Origin: Spirochaetia bacterium
Lineage (GTDB): Bacteria > Spirochaetota > Spirochaetia > SZUA-6 > Bin103
DNA: 64,000 bases
Direction of reading: 5' to 3'
Assembly (NCBI GenBank): GCA_965203515.1
Contig: OZ241907.1
Location: 1,472,001 to 1,536,000 of the forward strand
Shown here: positions 39,157-49,215 of the stretch, in pieces
Layout: each line of letters starts with the position of its first letter
Position numbering within the stretch: position 1 is the stretch's first letter
Made by a program: the position numbers and the translations under genes
Notes under the pieces: generated by a model
Seen by the model: the letters and a program-made list of their open reading frames with translations, nothing else
Databases searched by the model: none
What the model was told of the DNA's origin: nothing

Positions 39157-40044
39157 ATGACGGCACGGCACAACTGGTTCGACGTCCTCAACGTCATCTT
39201 CCTGTTCGCCTTCGCGCTGCTGATGCTGTTCCCGTTCTATCACGTGTTCGCGCTCTCCACCAGCAGCGGCCCCGGTCTGGCGACCGGCAACGCCAACTAC
39301 ATCCCGGTCGGCTTCAACATCGACGCGTACCGGATGGTGGTGCAGAATCCCGAACTGCTGGGCGCCTATTACAACTCGATCCGCTACGCGGCGGTCGGCA
39401 CGCTGATCTACATACTGGCCACCTCGCTGGTGGCGTACCCGCTCACCATCCGCGGCTTCTGGCTCAACAAGCCGGCCACCATGGTCTACATCCTCACGAT
39501 GTTCATCTCCGGCGGCCTGATCCCGACCTACCTGCTCTATCGGACGCTCGGGCTGCTCAACACGATCTGGGTCATGGTGCTGCCGGGGGCGGTCACCGTG
39601 TTCGGCGTCATCCTGTTCAGAACCAATTTCCGGCTGCTGGGCAGCGAGCTGCGCGAAGCCGCCTACATGGACGGGGCCGGCGACTTCCGCGTGCTGTTCC
39701 GCATCGTCATGCCGCTCTCCAAGCCGGTCATCGCCACCTTGGCGCTGTTCCGCATCGTCGAGATCTGGAATGACTTCCGCACGCCGTTCATCTTCCTGGA
39801 CGACGAGCGCCTGCAGCCTTTGACGATCCTGCTGCGGCGCATGCTGATCACGCTGGAGATCACCGACATCAGCCGCGACCGCAGCCTGCAGGACCTGCTG
39901 CTGGAGGTGGAGCGCGACCCGGTGCCGATCCAGGCGTTCCGCGCCGCCACGATCATGGTGACCACGCTGCCGATCATGCTGGTCTACCCGTTCATCCAGC
40001 GTTACTTCGTCAAGGGCATCCTGATCGGCTCCCTCAAGCAGTAG
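39157..40044 (+). CDS. Carbohydrate ABC permease (LplC type)
   Basis: SGGLIPTY, LREAAYMDGA, MPLSKP, YPFIQRYFVKGILIGS. Confidence 0.92.
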   Translation: MTARHNWFDVLNVIFLFAFALLMLFPFYHVFALSTSSGPGLATGNANYIPVGFNIDAYRMVVQNPELLGAYYNSIRYAAVGTLIYILATSLVAYPLTIRGFWLNKPATMVYILTMFISGGLIPTYLLYRTLGLLNTIWVMVLPGAVTVFGVILFRTNFRLLGSELREAAYMDGAGDFRVLFRIVMPLSKPVIATLALFRIVEIWNDFRTPFIFLDDERLQPLTILLRRMLITLEITDISRDRSLQDLLLEVERDPVPIQAFRAATIMVTTLPIMLVYPFIQRYFVKGILIGSLKQ

Positions 40045-40049
40045 CGAAG

Positions 40050-42038
40050 ATGGCGCCCCCTCACCCCGCGATCTTCCTGGGCGCCGAGCCCGCACCGGGC
40101 CGCCGGTCGTTGGACCAGCTCCGCGCCGCGATCGCCAGCGACTTCGGAGGGCGTCTCTGGAGGCGGGTCCATCAGGGGGCGCAGGACGCCGTCGGCACCG
40201 ATCCGCTGCTGCCCGGCACGGCGCTTCCCGGCCGCCCGGCCGAGCAGATCGAGCACGCCAACGCGGACAACTCGATCTGCCAGGCGGTGGTGCGCCGGCT
40301 GCTGCGCGCCGCGCTGGTGTTCCTGCTCACCGGACAGGAGCGCTTCCGCCAGGACGCGCTGGCGCAGATGGAAGCGCTGTTCGACCCAAAGCGCTGGCCG
40401 CAGTGGCTGGACTTCGCTCACGAGATGTTCAGGGCCGATCTCCGCACCGGCCAGCTCGGCGCGGCCGTGGCGTTGACCTACGACTGGCTGTACCCGCAGC
40501 TGAGCGCGGCCGAGCGGGCGGCGATCGTCGAAGGGCTCGACCGGTGCGCCATCCGCCCCTACCTGGCCACCGCCAGGACCGGGCCGCACTGGCTCACGCG
40601 GCCGAGCAACTGGATGACGGTCGTGGTCGGCGGGCTCGGCATCGCCGGGATGGTGCTCGGCGCCGACCACGACCGATCCGATCTCCTGGTGGAGATGGCG
40701 CAGCCGCGCATGCAGCGCTACCTGAGCGTCATCGGGCCGCACGGCGAGTTCAACGAATCGGTGGGCTACGCCTCCTCCCTGCACTATCCGGTCCGGTACT
40801 TCGCCGCGCGCTGCGCGGTCACCGGCGGTCAGGAGGACCGGCTGGCCGGCCGGCCGTTTCCGCACGCGTGCCGCTGGCTGATGCATGCCACCGCGCCGCC
40901 GGGACACACCGTCCCGTTCGGCGACTCCCACCGGCAGGCGCCGCTCTCGATCGGCTACTTCGCGCCGGTCGCCGCGGCGGCCCGCGACCGGATGCTGCAG
41001 TGGTTCCTGGAGACCTACGGGATCGTCCGCGATCCGGCCGACCTCTCGCACGTCGACGCGCTCGATCTGCTGTGGTACGACCCGACGCTGGCCGCCGCGC
41101 CGCCCGACGGAGCCGCCGACGGCCAGGACCGGCTCCCGCTCGGCGCCGCCTTCCCCGGCTGGGGCGGCCTGGTGGCCAGCCGCTCGAGCTGGACCGACGC
41201 GGACGCCGTGGCCGTGCACGGCAAGGCCGGCCGCGAGCCGATTCACGAGCACCTGGACGACGGCCAGCTCATCGTCCACGCCGGCGGCGCGCCGCTGATC
41301 GTCGATCCGGGCTCTCCGTCGTCCTATCCGGCCGACTTCTTCGGCGAGCACCGGGCGCGCTACTACAACGCCGGCGTCGCCGGCCACAACCTGCTGCAGA
41401 TCGGCGGGCGAGAGATGCGGATCGAGAAGCCGCGCGCCGGCAGCTTCCTGCACGCCGCCTTCGGCGAGCACGGCGCCGCGTGGTCGATCGACCTGACCGG
41501 CGCCTACCGCGGCGTGCTGCGGGTGACCAGGAGCGTGATCCATCTGCTCCCCGACCTGGTGGCGGTCCTCGATGCATGCGATCTGGCGAGCGCCGAGCCG
41601 GTGATCTTGCGCTGGCACACCGCCGACCGCGCCGCGATCGACGCCGCCGGCAGCTTCCGCGTGGAGGCGGCCGGCCCGCGCGGCCCGGTCCGCCTGTTCG
41701 GGCAGATATGCCCGCTGTCGGGCGCCACCGCCGCGTTCCGGCGGGGCGAGCACCGGTACCGCCCGCCGTACGATCGCACCCGGCTCGACGAACCGTTGGA
41801 GCAGCGCCGCGAGAGCTTCGTGGCCGCCGAGACGCGCGCGAGCCGCTGCCGGCTGCTGACGCTGTTCGCCGTCGCCGGCCCCGGCGCCGCGCCGCCCGAC
41901 TGGCCGCCGGAGCGCGCCGGCGACACGTGGCAGGTGCCGGTCGCCGGCGGCATCGCCGCCGTCAGCGTGGATGCGGAGGCGCTGACCGCCTCCGCCGCCG
42001 GCCGCACGGTGCGGCTGCCGTTGGCCGTATCCGTATGA
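40050..42038 (+). CDS. Heparinase II/III family polysaccharide lyase
   Basis: YDWLY, SNW, ESVGY, PFGDS, HEHLDDG, IVDPG, GHNLL. Confidence 0.82.
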   Translation: MAPPHPAIFLGAEPAPGRRSLDQLRAAIASDFGGRLWRRVHQGAQDAVGTDPLLPGTALPGRPAEQIEHANADNSICQAVVRRLLRAALVFLLTGQERFRQDALAQMEALFDPKRWPQWLDFAHEMFRADLRTGQLGAAVALTYDWLYPQLSAAERAAIVEGLDRCAIRPYLATARTGPHWLTRPSNWMTVVVGGLGIAGMVLGADHDRSDLLVEMAQPRMQRYLSVIGPHGEFNESVGYASSLHYPVRYFAARCAVTGGQEDRLAGRPFPHACRWLMHATAPPGHTVPFGDSHRQAPLSIGYFAPVAAAARDRMLQWFLETYGIVRDPADLSHVDALDLLWYDPTLAAAPPDGAADGQDRLPLGAAFPGWGGLVASRSSWTDADAVAVHGKAGREPIHEHLDDGQLIVHAGGAPLIVDPGSPSSYPADFFGEHRARYYNAGVAGHNLLQIGGREMRIEKPRAGSFLHAAFGEHGAAWSIDLTGAYRGVLRVTRSVIHLLPDLVAVLDACDLASAEPVILRWHTADRAAIDAAGSFRVEAAGPRGPVRLFGQICPLSGATAAFRRGEHRYRPPYDRTRLDEPLEQRRESFVAAETRASRCRLLTLFAVAGPGAAPPDWPPERAGDTWQVPVAGGIAAVSVDAEALTASAAGRTVRLPLAVSV

Positions 42039-42068
42039 ACCGGCCGTGCGGTGCGGATCGAGCCGGCG

Positions 42069-42629
42069 CTACGAGCGCGGCCGCTGGTTCTCCATCCTCG
42101 CCAGAATGTCGCGGATCTCGGCCAGCAGCTCGGCAGCGCCTTCCACCTTTTGGGGGGCACCGGCGGTCTCTTCACCACCGCCGACCGCCTTCTGCCGCTG
42201 GAGCAGGACCGCGTTGCGGAACTCGACCACGCCGGTGACCCCGACCAGCTTGCCTTCGCTCGAGTTCTCGCTCGACTGCCCCGCCGTCTCCACCCGCAGA
42301 CCGCGCAGCTTGTAGGCGCGCATGAGCGGCCCGTCGTACAGGCGAACGTCGGTGATCCGATTGAGCGGGATCGTCGCCTCCGAGCGGAAGAAGACGCCCT
42401 TCTTGACCTCCAGGGCCTGCGACGTGAGCCGGGCGGAGAGACGCTCTACGTACGCCGGCACGTACCAGAGGCTGAACAGGAGCCAGAACGGTATGAACGG
42501 GATGCCGACGACCGTGACCGCCAGGAAGGCCGACCCCACCCAGCGGACGTAGCATCCGACGGCTCGCTCGAACTGCGCTTCGCGAAGCGTCTCACCGGTC
42601 ACGTCGGCCGGATCGTTCATGTCTGCCAT
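42069..42629 (-). CDS. Bacterial PH-domain membrane protein (YdbS-like)
   Basis: TM hairpin; KGVFFRSEATIPLNRITDV, GPLMR, LRVETAG. Confidence 0.8.
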   Translation of the reverse strand: MADMNDPADVTGETLREAQFERAVGCYVRWVGSAFLAVTVVGIPFIPFWLLFSLWYVPAYVERLSARLTSQALEVKKGVFFRSEATIPLNRITDVRLYDGPLMRAYKLRGLRVETAGQSSENSSEGKLVGVTGVVEFRNAVLLQRQKAVGGGEETAGAPQKVEGAAELLAEIRDILARMENQRPRS

Positions 42630-42756
42630 AGCTTCCTGACGTTCAGGTTGGACCGGTCCCGCGCGCGTCGTCAACCGTCCGTCATGCAGTGTAGCCGCGC
42701 GCGACCGCTCCATTTCGCATGTTGACGTGCGGACTGCAAGGACACATGCTCGATAC

Positions 42757-42987
42757 ATGCATCGGATGATCCAGATCCGCAACGTACCCGAGCCGCTCCA
42801 CCGCACGCTCAAGGCGCGCGCCGCCATGGCCGGGATGCCGCTCTCCGCCTATCTGCTCCATCAGATAGCCGTGCTGGCATCGGTGCCGACGCCGCAGGAG
42901 ATGACCGCTCGGCTCAAACGGCTCGACCCGGTAACGCCTCAGGAGACCGCCGCCGAAGCGTTGCGCCGGACGCGCGACGAGCGGTGA
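42757..42987 (+). CDS. Ribbon-helix-helix antitoxin (FitA/VapB-like)
   Basis: IQIRNVPEPLHRTLKARAAMAGMPLSAYL; GTGA-coupled to PIN gene. Confidence 0.85.
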   Translation: MHRMIQIRNVPEPLHRTLKARAAMAGMPLSAYLLHQIAVLASVPTPQEMTARLKRLDPVTPQETAAEALRRTRDER

Positions 42988-43421
42988 TCCCAGCCGATTC
43001 CTCGACCCCGGTCGCTTCGACTCCGCTCTCGATCGTGGTAGATGCCTCCGCCATAGTGGAGATGCTGCTGCGCACCGAGGCGGGGATTCGGGTCACGCCG
43101 CGGATCCAGACCACGGCTCACGCCGTCCACGGTCCTCATCTGCTCGACGCGGAAGTCACGCACGTGGTGCGCCGATACCAGTTGGCCGGCACGATCGACG
43201 CGGCGCGCGGCGCGGAGATGGTGGACATCCTGCGCGGCCTCGGCATCTACCGGCACGATCACCGGCCGCTTCTGCGCCGGGTCTGGGAGCTGCGCCACAG
43301 CGTCGGCGCCTATGACGCGCTGTACGTGGCGCTGGCGGAGGCACTCGACGCACCGCTGCTGACCGCCGATGAGCGGCTCGCCTCCACGCACGGCCATCGG
43401 GCGATGGTGGAGACGATCTGA
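42984..43421 (+). CDS. vapC: PIN-domain toxin
   Basis: IVVDASA, PHLLDAEV, YDALYVALAE, LLTADERL. Confidence 0.92.
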   Translation: MIPADSSTPVASTPLSIVVDASAIVEMLLRTEAGIRVTPRIQTTAHAVHGPHLLDAEVTHVVRRYQLAGTIDAARGAEMVDILRGLGIYRHDHRPLLRRVWELRHSVGAYDALYVALAEALDAPLLTADERLASTHGHRAMVETI

Positions 43422-43453
43422 CGCGGCGGCGCGGAGGCGTCCGGCCGGCGCGT

Positions 43454-44695
43454 TCAGCCGCGTTCGACCGCGATCCGGTACACCATGTTGTCGGCCTCGA
43501 ACGGGTTGACCCGCGCATAGAAGCGCGGCAGGTAGAGCAGGATGTCGCCGCTGCCGCGCTCCTCGCGGGCGTAGAAGTTGGACAGCGTGAGGCGTTCGGG
43601 CTCGCCCGGCTGCCGATCGTCGATGGCGGTGATCGTGTCGCGTCGAAGCAGGCCGCTGCCGCGATCGACCTCCGCGATCACGATCGGATAACGCGGGCTG
43701 TTGCCGCGCGGATTGCCCTTGCACAGATTGCCGAGCCAGAACAGCCGGCCGTCGGTGTGATCGAGAAGCTGCGAGCAGGCGCTGGGCGAATGGAGCGGCA
43801 CGCCGGCGGTATCGGTCCACGGCCGCACCGCGCCGAACGTCCAGCCGCAGTCCTCGGAGATCGCGTACCAGCGGTAGCCCGGCAGCTCCGGCCGCACGTC
43901 GTTGGAGCCGCGCATCACCGCCAGCAGGCGGCCCGGCGACAGCTCGGCGATCGTGGCCTCCAGAAAGCCGCGCGTGGACCTGAGCGGATCGCCGATGATC
44001 CGCTCTGACATCTGCCAGCGGAGGCGCGGCCCGCCGTCGATCCAGCGCCCATGCAGCACCGCCGTATCGTGGAACGTGAACCCGCCGCCCTTGTTGTGAA
44101 AGGCGCCGTCCGGCCCCACCGGGCAGATCTGGCACGGCACCAGGATGTCGCCGGCATCGCGTCCGCCGCGCAGCGTCATCGGCACGCAGGTCAGGTCGCC
44201 CAGCATCACGCCGGCCCGACCTCGCCACACGCCCGGCAGCGGGTGATCGGCGTCGAACGGCGCGCCGTCGGCGTCGCTGCCGGCATGGACCAACGGCTCG
44301 TCGACCACGTCGGTCCGCCCGCCGTCCTCGGATACCGCGTAGTGCAGCATCCACTGCCGCATGCCCTCCAGCGGCTCGTCGGTCGGCAGCACGCCCTCCA
44401 CCCGCACGGTGACGTAACGATCGGTGGCCGCGTCCACGGTGCCGGCGCGCGGATAGCGCCGCCACGTGCCGCCCGCGCGCCGTTCGCCGGTGACGACCTC
44501 GGTGGCCGCTCCCCAGGTGGCGCCGCCGTCGGAGGAGCGGCGGTAGACGGCGAGATCGGCGGTGTCCGAGCGGGTGTGGTACGTGTGGACGCTGACCAAT
44601 TCGTGACCGGCGGCCCGCGTGTAGTAGGCGCCGCCGGCCACCCCGACGCCGGGGCCGGGGGACGGCACGAAGACCTCTTTGGAGACGACCCTCAT
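43454..44695 (-). CDS. Sialidase/BNR-repeat protein
   Basis: SSDGGATW, SEDGGRT, SEDCGWTF, STRGFLE, PRYP. Confidence 0.75.
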   Translation of the reverse strand: MRVVSKEVFVPSPGPGVGVAGGAYYTRAAGHELVSVHTYHTRSDTADLAVYRRSSDGGATWGAATEVVTGERRAGGTWRRYPRAGTVDAATDRYVTVRVEGVLPTDEPLEGMRQWMLHYAVSEDGGRTDVVDEPLVHAGSDADGAPFDADHPLPGVWRGRAGVMLGDLTCVPMTLRGGRDAGDILVPCQICPVGPDGAFHNKGGGFTFHDTAVLHGRWIDGGPRLRWQMSERIIGDPLRSTRGFLEATIAELSPGRLLAVMRGSNDVRPELPGYRWYAISEDCGWTFGAVRPWTDTAGVPLHSPSACSQLLDHTDGRLFWLGNLCKGNPRGNSPRYPIVIAEVDRGSGLLRRDTITAIDDRQPGEPERLTLSNFYAREERGSGDILLYLPRFYARVNPFEADNMVYRIAVERG

Positions 44696-44755
44696 GGCAT
44701 CGACTCTACGCCACCGGCCGGCACGGCGCCAGAGTGGGTGGGCGTCGTGGCTCCG

Positions 44756-46159
44756 CTATCGCGCCGGCCGATGGACGGCGGGGGTGACGCTGGCGAGCAC
44801 CATGTCGCGGATCGAACGGCCGGCCGGCAGGGCGCCGACGGCGCGCGCCTGCACCAGCAGGTTGCCGATTGCGGTGGCCTCCGCAGGGCCGGCCACGACC
44901 GTGCAGCCGCACGCGTCGGCGGTGAGCCGGCAGAGCAGGGCGTTGCGCGCGCCGCCGCCGACGACGTGCAGGACCGGCAGCCGCTCGCCGACCAGCTCCT
45001 CCAGCGTGCGCAGCTTCCGCCGGTACGCCTGCGCCAGGCTCTCCAGAATCAACCGCACCGTCTCACCGCGGGTACGGGGCGCCGGCAGCCCTCGGTCCCG
45101 GCAGTGGCGGCGGATGCGGGCCGGCATGTCGCCGGTACGCCGCGCGAACGCCGGATCGTCGAAGTCCACGATCGACCGCACGGAACGGGCGGCCTCCGCC
45201 TGCCGCGTCAACTCGCCATAGCCGGCGGCGCTTCCCGCATCGCGCCACGCGCGTTCGCACTCCTGGAGGACCCACAGGCCGGTCAGGTTCTTGAGGAACC
45301 GGACGGTGCCGTCGACGCCGGCCTCGTTGGTGAAGTTCGCCCGCAAGGCGGCATCGGAGAGCAGCGGCTCGGTCCGTTCGACGCCCAGCAACGACCACGT
45401 GCCGGAGCTGACGTAAGCCCACGGCGGACCGCCGGCGTCCGCCGGCACGGCGGCCACCGCGCACGCGGTGTCGTGCGAGCAGCCGGCCACCACCGCCACC
45501 CCCTCAGCGGTGCGTCCGATCGGCATGCCCGGCGGCACGATCGGCGGCCACGTTCGCGGGGCGAGTTGCAGACGCCGGATCAGATCGAACGCCCAATCGC
45601 CGCTGCGCACGTCCACGAGCTGGCTGGTGCTGGCGAGCGTTCGCTCGGCGACCGCGCGGCCACAGAACCGGTAGTGGAAATAGTCGGCGATCATCAGCCG
45701 CACAGCGGTTCGGGCGGTCAGCTCCGGTTCCAGGATGCGATCGGCCAGCGCCTGACAGAGGGTGTTGACCTCCATGAACTGAACGCCGGTGACGCCGTAC
45801 AGTTCGCGCCGCGGCACCTCCGCCAACGCCTGCGCCATCATCCCGGCGGTGCGCGGGTCCCGGTAGCAGTACGGGGCGCGTACCGGAACGCCGTCGCGGT
45901 CGAGCGGCACGTAATCGACCCCCCAGGAGTCGACGGACAGGCTGGCCAGCGCCGGAGCCGCGCGGCGCGCTCGCTCGTAACCGATGCGCAGCTCATCCCA
46001 GAGCGCCTGCAGGTCCCAGGTCAACCGCTCTCCGCGCTCGCGGATCGGCGTGGCAAAGCGGTGCACCTCGTCCACGCGCAGGCGGCCGCCGTCCAGCGTT
46101 CCCAGCACGGCACGGCCGCTGCCGGCGCCCAGGTCGAAGGCCAAGTGAGTGCTTGTCAT
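44756..46159 (-). CDS. rhaB: Rhamnulokinase (FGGY family)
   Basis: AFDLGAGSGR, DSWGVDY, YRDPRT, HDTA, SSGTWSLLG, FTNE.G, KNLTGLW, VGGG, EATAIGN. Confidence 0.85.
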   Translation of the reverse strand: MTSTHLAFDLGAGSGRAVLGTLDGGRLRVDEVHRFATPIRERGERLTWDLQALWDELRIGYERARRAAPALASLSVDSWGVDYVPLDRDGVPVRAPYCYRDPRTAGMMAQALAEVPRRELYGVTGVQFMEVNTLCQALADRILEPELTARTAVRLMIADYFHYRFCGRAVAERTLASTSQLVDVRSGDWAFDLIRRLQLAPRTWPPIVPPGMPIGRTAEGVAVVAGCSHDTACAVAAVPADAGGPPWAYVSSGTWSLLGVERTEPLLSDAALRANFTNEAGVDGTVRFLKNLTGLWVLQECERAWRDAGSAAGYGELTRQAEAARSVRSIVDFDDPAFARRTGDMPARIRRHCRDRGLPAPRTRGETVRLILESLAQAYRRKLRTLEELVGERLPVLHVVGGGARNALLCRLTADACGCTVVAGPAEATAIGNLLVQARAVGALPAGRSIRDMVLASVTPAVHRPAR

Positions 46160-46229
46160 TCGAAGCGGTTGGAATCCAGGCTCCAAGGTACCGTGCACGA
46201 GGAATCTCGACACGGCGCGGGCTCAACGC

Positions 46230-46760
46230 TCAACGGCGCGCTCTTCTGAGCTTCGGGTACTCCTGACAAGCCTCTCTCAGTGACGGCGGCGCCGAAGGAT
46301 CAAGCCGTTGTCGCTCGTGGCACATTCGATACAGCTCGTCTGCGAGCGGATGGCAGTCACGCTCCCTCTTGAACTTCCGGTAGCTCTGCGTCTCGTCGAC
46401 GTCCGCGTCCCCACGGAGATAGGCGAACCATGTTTCGATATTTCGCTTCGGGACGATGATCATTACCGGATCATCCGGCGCTGTGGGGGAAACGCCCTTG
46501 CTCTTGCACTCGTCGTTCAACTGCGATCTCCTGAACGCCGTCGAATTGACGTCAGCATCGATGACCACGACGAGAACCGCCTTCTTTCTGCCACGAATGG
46601 CCTTCAGTTCATGTGGATAGCGCTTTCGAACCCACTTTTCTCCGGACCCTTCAACCAGAGGAAGTGTCAGGATGTCGTGAAATTTGCGTTTCCGCAAGAA
46701 ACGACGGACGAAGCAATCCGTCTGTGAATCTTCGCAGAGCAAGACTATGCTCGCGCTCAT
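46230..46760 (-). CDS. TOPRIM-like protein, partner of adjacent ATPase
   Basis: VLLCED, VVIDAD, RNIETWF; ATGA-coupled; visibly lower GC. Confidence 0.6.
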   Translation of the reverse strand: MSASIVLLCEDSQTDCFVRRFLRKRKFHDILTLPLVEGSGEKWVRKRYPHELKAIRGRKKAVLVVVIDADVNSTAFRRSQLNDECKSKGVSPTAPDDPVMIIVPKRNIETWFAYLRGDADVDETQSYRKFKRERDCHPLADELYRMCHERQRLDPSAPPSLREACQEYPKLRRARR

Positions 46761-47860
46761 TCATCCCAGCCGCGGGCGATCGTCTCCGAAATCGTCAGTC
46801 CGTCCACCGTGGCTGCCGGTTCTTTGCTGACGCGTACCGGACCGTCTCCTTCGCGATAGAACCACCGGCCGTGGGCTCCTGCCATGTAGTCGATGGTCAC
46901 CGGATGATGGGAAACCACGACGATCTGCTCCAGCGACGTACCGCAACGCTCATTGGCCTGCGCCAGCCAGGGCTGAATCTCCCGCAGCGAGAGGTAGTTG
47001 TCGGGTTCGTCGATGAACAGCGAAGCCCGGCGATCTTCCACCAGTATGATCAGGCTGTACAAAGCGATCAACGCCCGTTGACCGTCGGAGAGCTGGTCGA
47101 ACCCGTAGTCGCTCGTGCCGTCTGCCGAACTGCGAAACACCGCTTTGAGGGCGCGTGATTCCTCGCCCGATTCCCGCAGTCGGACCGAATGGAAATCCGG
47201 CATCGATTCTCGCAGAGCATCGAACAACTTGCTGATGGAACCCATGTTCTCCTGAGAAAAGTGACGATACCAGCCGACGAAGTTTTCCATCAACGGCTCT
47301 AGATGATCGTCTTCCGAACTGGTCTCCGGTTTGTAAAGAGGCGGACATGGCCTGACGATGATATAGTTCCGTATCTCCTTCTTGAATCGCGTGAGCTTGC
47401 GGTTGTCGGGGCGTGCATACAAGGCTCCGATTCCGGAAAGTGTCCAATCGAAGGGATATTCGGGACCCGACTCATAGTCGTCGTGATACAGTTGAGCTTG
47501 ACCACCCCGGAACTCGAAGATCGGTCGGCCGTCGTGTGCAAGGGTCTCCTCGGCGATCCGCATTCTGTCACGCGCCCGGTCGTGCTCTACCGTCAATCCG
47601 TAATCATACGTCCGGTCATCCAGGCGGATGCGGAGTTCGAACCGCTGCTCCTTTCTGTTCCCGCTCGACGTGAGGTCGCGGGCCGGAAATACCGCGTCGA
47701 CTCTTGCTCCGCGTACGATCAGGCGTTGGAGCCTGCGCAACACCGTGAGCACCGAAGTCTTGCCGGTCCCATTGGCGCCGAGGAACACATTCTCCTCGTC
47801 GAGCTCGATCTCGAAGTTGATCAGGCATCGGAAATTGTCGACATAGATCCGTTCGATCAT
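46757..47860 (-). CDS. AAA_21/AAA_15-type ABC ATPase
   Basis: IERIYVDNFRC, GANGTGKT, LSDGQRAL, FIDEPDNYL, VSHHP. Confidence 0.88.
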   Translation of the reverse strand: MIERIYVDNFRCLINFEIELDEENVFLGANGTGKTSVLTVLRRLQRLIVRGARVDAVFPARDLTSSGNRKEQRFELRIRLDDRTYDYGLTVEHDRARDRMRIAEETLAHDGRPIFEFRGGQAQLYHDDYESGPEYPFDWTLSGIGALYARPDNRKLTRFKKEIRNYIIVRPCPPLYKPETSSEDDHLEPLMENFVGWYRHFSQENMGSISKLFDALRESMPDFHSVRLRESGEESRALKAVFRSSADGTSDYGFDQLSDGQRALIALYSLIILVEDRRASLFIDEPDNYLSLREIQPWLAQANERCGTSLEQIVVVSHHPVTIDYMAGAHGRWFYREGDGPVRVSKEPAATVDGLTISETIARGWDE

Positions 47861-47909
47861 GATGGCATCACCCGTGTCGGCGTTGCATGGCGCCCGCGGC
47901 CGGAGCAGG

Positions 47910-48299
47910 TCATTCCTTGAGCGCCAGATAGATCGTGAGCTTCACGCGCGGCGCGTCGCCGCCGCTCAGGTCGCAGCGCAGGCGCAGCCAGCCGCCGAAG
48001 TGACGCAGCTCGAGCTGATAGAGGCCGGGGCCGCCCGCCCGCAGCTCGGTGACGCGCACCAGCTCGGCAGAAGGGCTTCTCCCGCGGTCTCGCAGGACCA
48101 GGCTTGGCTTGTCGCACCAATCGAGGCCGTCCGGCGAGACCTGCGCTTGGGCGCGGAGTACGGTCCCGCTGGTCAGTTCGGTCACGCGCACGAACCAGGT
48201 CGCCTCGCTCGCCCAGCCGCACTCCATCGGCTCGGTGTCGAAGCCGTGCCCGTAGGTCTCGTTCTTTTCCAGGACCGCGGTGTGAAAGCGGCGCAGCAT
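47910..48299 (-). CDS. Hypothetical protein (possibly DUF6385-like)
   Basis: Coupled to upstream gene; TEPMECGWASEA, QVSPDG.DW, FGGWLRL; family recalled from memory. Confidence 0.5.
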   Translation of the reverse strand: MLRRFHTAVLEKNETYGHGFDTEPMECGWASEATWFVRVTELTSGTVLRAQAQVSPDGLDWCDKPSLVLRDRGRSPSAELVRVTELRAGGPGLYQLELRHFGGWLRLRCDLSGGDAPRVKLTIYLALKE

Positions 48300-48300
48300 C

Positions 48301-49215
48301 TCACCAATCCACGCTGACCAGGACCGAGTCCAGGAACAGGAAATTGCGCACCGGCAGGTGCGTGCGCACGTCGACGCAGAAGTTCAGCAGCCGGTCGCAG
48401 CCGTAGTACGGGTGGTCGTACACCGGAACCGGCAGCTCGCGCAGGTCGAGCGCGCGGTCGTTCACCCGCAGCTCGACGTTGCGGCGCGCCGCCGTGTCGA
48501 AGGTCCAGCTCAGATAGTTCCAATTGATCTTGGTCGGCACCTCGTTGTGGCACAGCGAAAAGGCGCCGCCCGGCACCTCCTCCCAGTCGTCCGGATGCAC
48601 GGTGTGGTAGTCGGTCGGCGCCGGCATGCCGGCGAGCTGCATCCTGGTGGTCACCTGCAGCGAGGTCTTGTACATCCACTTGCGCACGAAGTTGCCTTCG
48701 AAGTCGGTGTTGACGTAGCGCAGCGCGCAGTGATGGCGCGTGCCGTCCGGGCCGTCGTTGACGTCGTTGCTGAAGCAGAAGTCGCCGAACATCGCCTCCA
48801 CCGGGTGGTAGTTGCCGTCCCATCGCTTCGGGCCGGTGAGCGCCGGATCGAACACCGTCTCCGCCTTATAGGTGAACCAGGTCTCCAACCGCACCAGCCC
48901 GCGCCTGACGTACGTGACCCGCTTGATGAGCTGATTCATGTGATTCACGCGCGGGCGCGTAGCAAGCTTCAACGAGTAGACCCCGTCGAAGCTGCCGTGC
49001 GTGCCGATGTCGAAGAAGGTGCAGGTGCTGAGCTGCGCCGGCCGCAGGTCGCGCACCAGCGGGCGGATGTTGTCGAGGTCGTTGTCGTGATTGCCGACCA
49101 GCTCGCACCAGCCGTTGATCCCCTCGTCGAAATCGTCGAAGAACAGTACCCGCGGCAACGGATCGAACTTGGCCAGGCGCACGTCGGCGGCGCCGGTCCG
49201 CCGCAGCCGCGTCAC
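48301..49215 (-). CDS. Hypothetical protein (possibly DUF6772-like)
   Basis: GTG overlapping upstream stop; FDPLPRVLFFDDFDEGINGW, NEVPTKINWNYL; family recalled from memory. Confidence 0.55.
   Translation of the reverse strand: MTRLRRTGAADVRLAKFDPLPRVLFFDDFDEGINGWCELVGNHDNDLDNIRPLVRDLRPAQLSTCTFFDIGTHGSFDGVYSLKLATRPRVNHMNQLIKRVTYVRRGLVRLETWFTYKAETVFDPALTGPKRWDGNYHPVEAMFGDFCFSNDVNDGPDGTRHHCALRYVNTDFEGNFVRKWMYKTSLQVTTRMQLAGMPAPTDYHTVHPDDWEEVPGGAFSLCHNEVPTKINWNYLSWTFDTAARRNVELRVNDRALDLRELPVPVYDHPYYGCDRLLNFCVDVRTHLPVRNFLFLDSVLVSVDW

Noticed and set aside
36471..39197. 908-aa ORF as one protein
   Set aside because: N-terminal part is antisense to a permease; real start at 38123 has an RBS and signal peptide. 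The same applies to extended ORFs 53722-56487 and 48301-50478
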